Made by a program: the position numbers and the translations under genes
In this document: piece after piece, positions 51,847 through 60,885 of the stretch
Layout: every line of letters begins with the position of its first letter
Position numbering within the stretch: the stretch's first letter is position 1
Notes under the pieces: generated by a model
Database searches by the model: none
What the model was told of the DNA's origin: nothing
Seen by the model: only the letters and a program-made list of their open reading frames with translations
Assembly: GCA_963695345.1 (NCBI GenBank)
Contig: OY968769.1
Span: forward strand, 640,001-704,000
DNA from: an uncultured Methanomassiliicoccales archaeon
GTDB lineage: Archaea; Thermoplasmatota; Thermoplasmata; Methanomassiliicoccales; UBA472
Length of the DNA: 64,000 bases
Direction of reading: 5' to 3'

Positions 51847-51970
51847 GTTACTATCTCCTATGGTTATACAAGCGTCCCGGAATCCGGGCTGACATAGCTT
51901 GTCACCTTGACGGTGAGATACTAACAGTACCTCAGCCAATCAGGCGGTTGAAAAGAAAACCCATTGGAAG

Positions 51971-52009
51971 TTAATAAACCCCGAATAGCTGGGAATCACT
52001 TTCGATAAC
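51971..52009 (-). promoter_or_regulatory. arlB1 promoter: palindrome plus TATA
   Basis: Minus strand GTTATC-GAAAGT-GATTC, 14 nt, then TTTATTAA. Confidence 0.65.
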
Positions 52010-52146
52010 GAAATTAATAGACTCAATGGCGAACTGGCATCCGTGTTCTTCATCGCCGAACGCCATGCTAGCACCGAACAGGGGAATGCTTGGAAAACGC
52101 CGGAAAGACCAATAAAAAAATTGGCTGGGTGATGATATTGACATCA

Positions 52147-52683
52147 TCACTTGTAACCGAACTTGCTGCGGAACAGGTTCAGTGAATAGGTGATCTCTTC
52201 CAGCGCCACCTCTCTCCCGGCCCATCCCTCGACGGTCGTGCCCTTGCCCTCTTCCAGACGCTTGTAGCTCTTGAAGAACTCGAATATCTCGTCCAGCATG
52301 TGCTTGGGCATGTCCTTGAGCTCGTAGTAGTCCTGGTTACGGGGATCGCCGGTGGCGACACAGAGGATCTTGTCGTCGCGGCCTTTCTCATCGCTCATCC
52401 TAAGGACCCCGATGGGTCGGGCCTCCACGACACACCCCGGGAACGTAGGCTCGGAGAGGATAACCAAGGCATCGATCGGGTCCCCGTCATCATAGTAGGT
52501 ACGGGGGATGAGTCCGTAGGCATGGGGGTAGACGACCGATGAATGCAGCACCCGGTCAAGCAGGATGCAGTCATATTCCTTTGATACCTCATACTTGTTC
52601 TTGCTGTCCCTGGGGGTCTCAATGATGACATTGACTATCTCTGGCGGATTGCGACCGGAGGGAACTTTCTTCCATAACGACAT
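52147..52683 (-). CDS. ppa: Inorganic pyrophosphatase (family I)
   Basis: NKYE, LDRVL, YGLIPRT..DDGDPID, DEKGRDDKI, FFKSYK.LE. Confidence 0.96.
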   Translation of the reverse strand: MSLWKKVPSGRNPPEIVNVIIETPRDSKNKYEVSKEYDCILLDRVLHSSVVYPHAYGLIPRTYYDDGDPIDALVILSEPTFPGCVVEARPIGVLRMSDEKGRDDKILCVATGDPRNQDYYELKDMPKHMLDEIFEFFKSYKRLEEGKGTTVEGWAGREVALEEITYSLNLFRSKFGYK

Positions 52684-52858
52684 TTTGCACGCCCTATTGC
52701 TTCGGCGATAGGAGCTAGCTACTTATTGCTTTTGTCAGAACAATTACAGAAGTCAGAATTTTGGGCGAACCTATTGAAGATGGATGCCGTCCCAAGCTCG
52801 CCGTCCCGATTGTAAACATAAATATGCATACCCCGATATTGGAGGGCGGGATGCGCTG

Positions 52859-54176
52859 ATGGCAGTAGAAGATCCAGAATTGATAAAGCAGGTCTTGCTT
52901 CAGTTGTTCGTTCTCATTTCTTTCGCCATGGCGGCTGCCGTCATCTGCAAATTGATCAAGATACCGGTGGTAATCGGGGAAATCCTGGTAGGCATCATCA
53001 TCGGCAACCTTTACTTGGTGGGCGAGTCTGAATTGTTCTCGTTTCTCGGAAACACGGATTTGTTCAGTGCGCTCAAGCTCGGAACAGATGCCCAGGTCTT
53101 CGAGGTCTTCAAGCAATCTAGGAGTAATCTTTCTCCTTTTCGCCGTCGGACTGGTAACGCCGTTCAGCGAATTGCGAAAGGTAGGCAAGACAGCGTTCAT
53201 TGTGGCCTCGCTGGGAGTTGTCGTCCCCTTCGTTGGTGGATTTCTGTTCATGGCCGCCCTTAATTACGCCCTCATCCCATCCCTCTTCGTTGCAGCGGCA
53301 ATGGTCGCCACCAGCGTAGGCATCACCGCCAGGGTGATAAGCGATATGGGGTTGAGCGATGCCATCGAATCTCGGGTGATAATTGGTGCGGCGGTGATAG
53401 ATGATGTTCTCGGCATGCTTGTTCTTGCTGTCGTAATCGGAATCGCAGGCGGCTCTGGAACGGATATTGCCCAGACCGCGATAGTTGCCATCGAGGGTGT
53501 CATCTTCGTCATCGCGGTCATAATAATTGGCGGTATGGTCATTCCGAGGGTTCGCAAGGTGGCCAAAGAAAGGAAGACCGACCTAGAGCACCCGGTTAAG
53601 TGCGCGACCCCCCTAATCAGCCCTCTGCCATTTGCCCTTGTCGTGTGCTTCGGATTGTCTTTCATTGCAGGGACATTCGGACTCGCTGCCATAATCGGAT
53701 CGTTCCTGGCAGGAATGGCCTTCGCAGAGTTCCATGACCGCTGGCCTTGCAGGGAGAAGTTCGAACCGATCAATGAATTCCTGGTACCGTTCTTCTTCAT
53801 CTTCGTGGGGATACAGGTACAGCTCTCATCCTTCGTTGAAGTATTCTTCATTGGGTTGGCTTTGACCTTCATCGCCATTCTGACCAAGGTTATAGGATGT
53901 GGAATGGGGGCGAGGAGCATGGGCAGCAAATCGGCACTGATTGTGGGTGTTGGAATGTCCCCGAGAGGCGAAGTGGGGTTGATCGTGGCGACAATCGGCT
54001 TGGGCCTAGGTCAGGTATCGAATGCCATCTATTCCGTGGTTGTGTTCATGTCATTGGCAACGACCATCGCCGCCCCTCCGATGCTTACATACGCATTCAA
54101 GGCGAAGTTCAAAAAGAAAGTGAACAAGATAGAACGCGACGATGCGGATGGGCAGCTGAAGTTCCGAGATCGTTGA
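52859..54176 (+). CDS. Cation:proton antiporter (CPA2/NapA-like) (frameshift at ~53115)
   Basis: IPVVIGEILVGIIIG, LLFAVGL, ATSVGITA, GAAVIDD, PFFF, PRGEVG. Confidence 0.92.
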
Positions 54177-54240
54177 GGGGAGAGCCCTGTCTTCTATGAG
54201 AATGCATAGGAACGAAAATGATCCTAGGGCAGGACCCGCA

Positions 54241-54408
54241 TCAGTTAGGGAAGAATACGTTAAGGAGTGATACGACGATGATGGTCACTATGATCATTCC
54301 AACCACGACGTAGGGGCCCATTTTCAATGCCTTGGAGTCTTCGCTATCGAAGTACCTTATTAGACCGGCTGCGGATTGGAACCCCGACCCTTTCTTGTCC
54401 TTAGGCAT
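54241..54408 (-). CDS. secG: Preprotein translocase subunit Sec61beta/SecG (55 aa, below the ORF-track cutoff)
   Basis: MPKDKKGSGFQSAAGLIRYFDSEDSKALKMGPYVVVGMIIVTIIVVSLLNVFFPN*; SAAGLIRYFD is the archaeal Sec61beta motif. Confidence 0.93.
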   Translation of the reverse strand: MPKDKKGSGFQSAAGLIRYFDSEDSKALKMGPYVVVGMIIVTIIVVSLLNVFFPN

Positions 54409-54571
54409 GCTGATACCGATGCTCTAACCAGAAACCGCATATAAAAACGTTGAGGTATTGAAATCTGGATGACAGTTTTTGTGATCGGCTGAGGGATGGA
54501 GAAAAGGTCACATCATAAACTTACTGGGAACAGGGTTTATTAACGCTCGTGCGATTGCCCCGACGATAAAC

Positions 54572-56114
54572 ATGCAGTGGGCAGACGTCATCGCCAAGTC
54601 ATTGCTCGAGAAGGGTCGAAAGCATTTGCTGTCGACCGGGATCAGCCCTTCTGGTCACATTCACGTGGGTAGCCTGAGGGAGGCCATCACCGCCAACGCG
54701 GTAAGGAAGGCCTTGGTGGACCAAGGGGCCGATGTCAAGCTGATCTATCTGGTCGATGACTACGATCCCCTCCGGAAGAGATATCCATTCCTTCCTGAAT
54801 GCTATGACAAGGAGGTAGGGAGGCCGCTCTGCCAGATCCCGTGTCCCGGCGACAAGTGCCACGACAGCTATGGCGCCCATTTCATCCAGCCGTTCCTTGA
54901 CGCCATCGCCGAGATGGGCATCCACCCGGAAGTTCACTGGACCCACAAGGTGTACGAGGAGGGCAAGTTCGCCGAGCTCACCGACCTGGTGATCCGGGAG
55001 AAGGACAAGGTCGCGACGATACTCCGGGAGGTCACCGGCAGGGACGTCCCCGCCAATTTCTGGCCGGTTTCGCCCCAATGCGGATCGTGCGGTCATTTCA
55101 CGGACCGTGTGACATCCTACGAGTACCCCTTCGTCCACTACAAGTGTCACTGCGGACACGAGGGCAAGGCCGACCTGAGGACGGGCGAGGCGAAGCTCCC
55201 GTGGAGGCTGGAATGGGCGGCCAAGTGGAAGATATTCGGCGTCACCTGCGAGCCTTTCGGGAAGGACCATGCCGCCGCCGGAGGCTCGTATGAGAGCGGG
55301 GTCCGGTTCTGCAAGGAGCTCTTCGACATCGATCCGCCCTATCCGATCCCCTACGAGTTCATCCAGTTCAAGGGCAAGGGACAGATGCACAAGTCCACCG
55401 GACACGTGGTCACCGGCACAGACGCCCTGAAGATCACTCCCGCCCCGGTCCTGAACTTCAGCGTCCTCCGCTACAACCCCGACCGGCACATCGACTACGA
55501 TCCAGGACTGGGCATACTGGACGTGGTGGACGAGTATGACCACATCGAATCGCTCTACTTCAAAGGGGGGGCCGATGATAAGGAGAAGGACCTGCTCCGC
55601 GCCTATGAGATCGCCCAGCCCAAGTCCGTCCGCACCAACCTGCCGATGCAGGTGCCGTACCGCCATCTGGTGCACGTCGTTCAGACGGCGGAGACGTTCG
55701 AGGGCATAATGAAGATCATAGACAGGACCGAGGGGCTCATGCCGCCGACGCCGGAGGACATAGAGGTGCTAAAGGAGCGCTGCGAATGCGTCCGCTATTG
55801 GCTTGATAACTTTGCCCCGGATGAGGTCAAGTTCGCGGTGGCCAAGGATGATGCCGGCGGTGGAACTGACCGGCCCGGAGAAGACCTATTTCTCTTTGCT
55901 GCACACGGCCCTCAACGGTGCCAACTGGGACCCGGACGCGATACACAATGCCGTGTACGATAACGCCAAGGAGGCCGGCATTCTGCCGAAGGCAGCCTTC
56001 CAGGCGCTCTACAAGATCTTCGTGTCCCGCACCTCCGGACCGCGCCTGGGATACTTCCTGTCCACCCTGGACAAGTCCTTCGTGATGAAGAGGCTCTCAG
56101 AGGCCAGCGCCTAG
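54572..56114 (+). CDS. lysS: Lysine--tRNA ligase, class I (frameshift at ~55848)
   Basis: WAD, GISPSGHIHVG, KLPWRLEW, EPFGKDH..AGGS, MHKS.G, C-terminal FQALY...SGPRLG. Confidence 0.96.
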
Positions 56115-56491
56115 GCCGACCTCCTCCTCATCGTGAACAGCAGTGCAAAGACGGCGAACCATACCAGCAGCACCACGAACAGTATTATGACGTAGCCGGG
56201 GAAGAAGGTGTTGACTATAAGCAGCGCCCCGATCATCGCCATCAGGTTGCCCCAGAACAGGAAGTAGTTCGAGTCCGATTTTGTCCAAGGCGCTCCCTGA
56301 GAGGGCTTCCCGAGACTGAAACCGAGTATGAGGACATACACTCCCAACTCCAGGAGGATCACCGGCACCAGGAGCCACCAGTTATTCAGCGCCAGGGATA
56401 CCATGATGGCCACCGCCACGGAGAGGAGCACGGCCGCTGTGGTGATCCCGGAGCTGTTGAACCTGCGATTACCGTTGGTCATAGGAACCAT
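56111..56491 (-). CDS. Hypothetical membrane protein (about 4 TM)
   Basis: Hydrophobic helices; follows top6A. Confidence 0.7.
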   Translation of the reverse strand: MVPMTNGNRRFNSSGITTAAVLLSVAVAIMVSLALNNWWLLVPVILLELGVYVLILGFSLGKPSQGAPWTKSDSNYFLFWGNLMAMIGALLIVNTFFPGYVIILFVVLLVWFAVFALLFTMRRRSA

Positions 56492-56528
56492 ATAGCCATT
56501 GAACTGCCGAGATATTAAGCTGACCGGT

Positions 56529-57650
56529 CTACTTCTTCAGCAGGCCGAGCTCGTTGAGCTTGTCAGGCATGTACTTGTCGGTCACGAAGTCGAGACCGTA
56601 CTTCGCCAACGCCTGCTGTTCCGCCTTCTTGTTCAGCTTGAGCATCGTCTCGATCTCGTCCTTCCAGTAGCGGTCGGCGAACCGGGGGTCGTTGAGCTCG
56701 GCGTTCAGCGCCCGGACGTCCATGTCGGTGAGCTTGTCGGTGGGCAGATTGTAGTGCATTATGTCCGAGGCGGTGATGCCGATGAACTGGGCCGACGGCG
56801 TTGCCAGATACTCGCTGATGTGGGCGGTCTTGATGGCGCCGTAGGCGACGGAGGCGAATATCCTGAACGACCAGGGGTCGCCATCGGTGAACACGATGAC
56901 CGGGAGGTTCATCTCCTCGTTCAGCCGCTTGATGAAACGCCGGGTGCTCCTGGCGGGCTGCCCTTTCAGGTGCACCAGCACCGAGTTGTAGTCTTCGGCG
57001 AAGCCATTCTCCACCAGACGGTCGAACATACCGCCGGTCTCGATGGCGCAGATGAAGTCGGCGCCGGTCTCGATGATCTTGACCTTTTCCTTCTCCACGT
57101 TGTATGGGATGCCATAGCCGGAATCCCCGACGTCGTCCAGGCAGTTGATGCGCTTGGTCCGGCCCTTCCGGTCGAACTCCTCGATGGTGATGTTGCCGAT
57201 GACGCTGGCGCCGTTCTCCTCCGGCCTGAGCTTGAAATCCTCGCGCATGCACTTGGTGACGATCTCCAGGTCCTCCGCGAGCATGTTCGACTCATCCTGG
57301 CTGTGGAACTTGGCCTTTCCCCAGCCTTCGGAGATGTAGTACATCTCCCTGAGGGTGGAGGATTTGTTCTTGTCGATCATGTCCTCGATGAGCTCGAGCG
57401 TGTACATGGTGCGCAGGAGCATCATTGCGCCGTTGGTCTTCTTGGCCGTCCTGGCCCCCGTGGCCGGGCCGTACTTGAAGACGCCATGCTTGGGGTCGAA
57501 CCGGATGTTGCTCTTGGTACGCAGTGGCAGGACCATCTTCGGGATCTTTCCATGGTCGATCTGGTCATAGATCGAGTTCGCCACGGAGAAGAGCGCCCCC
57601 ACCGCCTTGTTGTCGACCTTCTTCTCCGGCTGCTCCTCTTTCTCAGTCAT
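56529..57650 (-). CDS. top6A: DNA topoisomerase VI subunit A
   Basis: STLREMYY (catalytic Tyr), IETGGMF, GQPAR.TR, TDGDPW, KAEQQA. Confidence 0.97.
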   Translation of the reverse strand: MTEKEEQPEKKVDNKAVGALFSVANSIYDQIDHGKIPKMVLPLRTKSNIRFDPKHGVFKYGPATGARTAKKTNGAMMLLRTMYTLELIEDMIDKNKSSTLREMYYISEGWGKAKFHSQDESNMLAEDLEIVTKCMREDFKLRPEENGASVIGNITIEEFDRKGRTKRINCLDDVGDSGYGIPYNVEKEKVKIIETGADFICAIETGGMFDRLVENGFAEDYNSVLVHLKGQPARSTRRFIKRLNEEMNLPVIVFTDGDPWSFRIFASVAYGAIKTAHISEYLATPSAQFIGITASDIMHYNLPTDKLTDMDVRALNAELNDPRFADRYWKDEIETMLKLNKKAEQQALAKYGLDFVTDKYMPDKLNELGLLKK

Positions 57651-59668
57651 CGCTCAGCGCCTCCGATTTCTCGTCATAGTCGACCTCGTCCTCGTCCTCG
57701 GCGTCCGGTTTCTCCGGTTCGACCGGGGCGACCTCGGTGATGTTGAGGCCCTTTACATCCCAGTCGCCCGGCAGCGGTTCGGCCCCGATCACCGAGACCG
57801 GGTTGATGCCGCTGGAATAAATCTCGTTCTCCTCGTAAGCCTCCTGGTCCAGGCCGTTCAGGTAGAACGATATGTCCACTTTGCCCGTGGATGGGATGGT
57901 CTTCAGTTCCCAGGTCGTCTTACCGTCTTCCCTGGCCTCCTTGGGGAATATGGCCAGCCCCTGGTAGTCGAACGCGTTCTTGGGCAGGACCATGTGGATG
58001 TTGAGCTTCTGACCGTGCGGGGTGTAGTTGTAGATGGTCACCCGGACCTTGTGGCGGCCCTTGTCGAACGTGACGTCGTCATCGATCCATACCACGTTCA
58101 TGATCTTGGTGATGGTGCCCGAAAGCGATGGCACTGGCTTGTCGATTATCTTGGCGCTCTTCTGCGCTATCAGCGGGAGGATGACCTGAACGATGTCGAA
58201 CTTCTCCTTGGTCCGGGTCTTGGTCTCCTTCTTGTTCAGATGCGTCTTGAGCGTACGTCCGCAGGTCCTCAGGGCAATCTCGATCTCGTTCTGGATCGCC
58301 GGGATGCTGGCGATCGCCTCCTTCGCCTCGGAGGTGAACGGTACCTTGGTGGAGGCGACGTGCACGATGATGATGGCCGGTCCGAACGGTATCCCGTTGC
58401 CGCCCCGCTGCTCCAGCCCGTATCGTCTCCAGTCGACCGCCTCGACGGCCTTGGTGATGCAGCACGCCCCCTGCTGGTACATCAGGGGCACCCGGTTGGC
58501 GAAGCGGAGCAGCTGCACCGGCTGGTCCGATGGTATGCCTCCGCCGTAGACGATGCCGACCTCGACAAGGAAGGGATTGCCGGCGTTGACCTTGGGGTCG
58601 CGGGTCACGGGCGGACAGTAGAACTCCGGCCGCACCTCAGCCAGGACGTTCTTCAGGCCTTTCCGGATCAGGTTCTCCCCGATCGGCGACAGGCAATCGG
58701 TGGGCGGACCCATGATCTTCACCGTGCCGATGGCGGACAGGAGCCGCTTATAGTCATCAAGCTTTAGGCCGCTCTTGTTCTTCTCCGGGTCCCAGCTGCG
58801 GATGTTGGTCCGGTCCTCGTCCATCCCGGCCTTCACCGAGATGTCCTTAGCCAGGCGGTCGCTGATGCGGCAGAAGTCGGTCTGCAGGAACTTGGAGAGG
58901 GTCTTGGCCTTGGTCTCGTTGGCCATGTTCATCAGGGTGCCGAGCTCGATGCCTTCCGGATGAGGTTTGATCTCCTTCACCGCCGGGGGCTAGCAGGTCG
59001 GTGGCCCTTTCGAAGGTTATCCTCCTTCCCTCCGGGTCTACGAAAGATATCTTGGCATGGGGATTGACGATGGCGGTCTGTTTCAGGTACTCCATCACCG
59101 ACTGCTTCCCGGTCATGTACCGGCCGTTCATGAAGAACTCGATCCGGGTCCCGTGCTCCTTCCCGTCCCAGATGACCGGATTCTCCTTGAAGACATCGGG
59201 CATGTTCTTCTTGGTGTTGACCATGATGTCCAGTTCCCAGGCGGTTTCCTCATGGGCCACCTTGGACCGCACCGTGGCCGGCTTGCCGGTGGTAATCTGG
59301 CCGAACATGACCGTGGCCGATATCCCGATACCCTGCTGGCCGCGGGACTGGCGCACGGCGTGGAACCTTGACCCGTAGAGGAGGCGCCCGAAAACGTTGG
59401 GGATGGCCTTCTTGATGATGCCGGGACCGTTGTCCTCCACGGTCACCTTGTATTCGTTGGTCTCCACCTTCTCTATGCGCACATAGATCTCGGGCAGGAT
59501 CATCGCCTCCTCGCAGGCGTCGAGAGAGTTGTCCACCGCCTCCTTCACGCCCATAATGAGCGACTTGACCTGAGAGTCGAACCCCAGGATCTGCCGGTTG
59601 CGTTCGAAGAACTCGGAGACGGATATCTCCTTCTGTTTCTTTGCCAGCTCATCAGCTATGGAGTTCAC
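57643..59668 (-). CDS. top6B: DNA topoisomerase VI subunit B (frameshift at ~58990)
   Basis: GHKL motifs [30 protein letters not shown]; EIKPHPEG; RFANRVPL; [13 protein letters not shown]. Confidence 0.96.
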
Positions 59669-59775
59669 GGCATCACCTTCTCGAGATATGACTGAACGAA
59701 TGCATCCCAGGGGGCAGTATCCGCGGGCAAATACTTAAAAAAATGGAGAAAGGGGAAGGGGTTTGACCGAAGCGC

Positions 59776-60735
59776 TTACTTCTTCGGCAGTGCCTTGCCG
59801 CAGTTCCAGCACTTGACATCGGACTCGAGGACCTTGGCCTTGCAGAACGGACATTCCCGCTCCACCGACTCCTCGAACTTCTCCCCGCAGCGGGGGCACT
59901 CGTGGGCGTCGATGGGAACGTCCGAGCCGCACTCGGAGCAGATGAACTTATCGACCACTTTCTGTCCGTCATCGCCCTTCTTTTCCTGCTTGCGGGCCTT
60001 GTCGAACTCCGCCATCTTGGCCTTCGATCGGTCCATCCACCAGGTCAGGACCAGTAGCAGGTAGAACAGCAGACCGATCTGGAACAGGCCGATGAATATT
60101 ATGCCATAGTACAGGTACGAGGATAGCACCGCGTCCATGCTCATGGCGATCGGACCCAGGCCGGCCTCGGTCAGGACGTATCCGCCCGGGATAAGCCCTT
60201 GGAACTGGAACTGGTATATGCCTTCCGTCAGATTATTGAGGGTCTTGGAGAAGATGGCGTTCGAACCGTCCATCCCCGCATAGGTCATGGAATAGTTCAG
60301 GGTGGACGTGGAGGCGCCATTGGTCGCCAGGAGATAGACCACGCTGGCTTCGCTGCCGTTCACCACTTCGACGGTGAAGTTGTAGGTATCGCCGGGCAAC
60401 CCCTTCACCGGGGCCACTTGGCCGGCGATGAGGTCGTTATGCTCGGAGTGGATGACCTGTCCGTTGAAACCTTGGATGTAATAGTATATGTTGAGGCCGA
60501 ACACCACGCCCAACAGCAGGATAAGGAGCGTCCCGAATACAGCCAGTTTCTTCCTGTTCTTCAGCCCGAAGTAGAATGGTATCCCGTAGGCCACCAGGGC
60601 GATGAGCATGGGAACGAAACATATAGAAATGGCATACAAAGTCAACGCCAGGGTGAGCAGGACAGTCAACGCGAGGCCGATGGGCACCGCGTACTTCTGC
60701 TTCCTGAATTTGTTGAAGCTATCCATAAATGACAT
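59776..60735 (-). CDS. Membrane protein with extracellular beta domain and C-terminal double zinc ribbons
   Basis: N-terminal TM helices, a soluble domain, a further TM, then CSEC/CPRC/CPFC/CWNC. Confidence 0.78.
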   Translation of the reverse strand: MSFMDSFNKFRKQKYAVPIGLALTVLLTLALTLYAISICFVPMLIALVAYGIPFYFGLKNRKKLAVFGTLLILLLGVVFGLNIYYYIQGFNGQVIHSEHNDLIAGQVAPVKGLPGDTYNFTVEVVNGSEASVVYLLATNGASTSTLNYSMTYAGMDGSNAIFSKTLNNLTEGIYQFQFQGLIPGGYVLTEAGLGPIAMSMDAVLSSYLYYGIIFIGLFQIGLLFYLLLVLTWWMDRSKAKMAEFDKARKQEKKGDDGQKVVDKFICSECGSDVPIDAHECPRCGEKFEESVERECPFCKAKVLESDVKCWNCGKALPKK

Positions 60736-60885
60736 TGACGCGCAATCGGGTGTTCAACCTTTAAATCTTTTGAGAACAGGTAAGGGGGTTTCACTACATT
60801 TCCACTGTTCCCTCGATAGTTCCTGAAATCGATGGGGCAATGCTCGTTGCCGCATGGTGTCTGAGTTCGTTCTTTAGTGAGCGAT

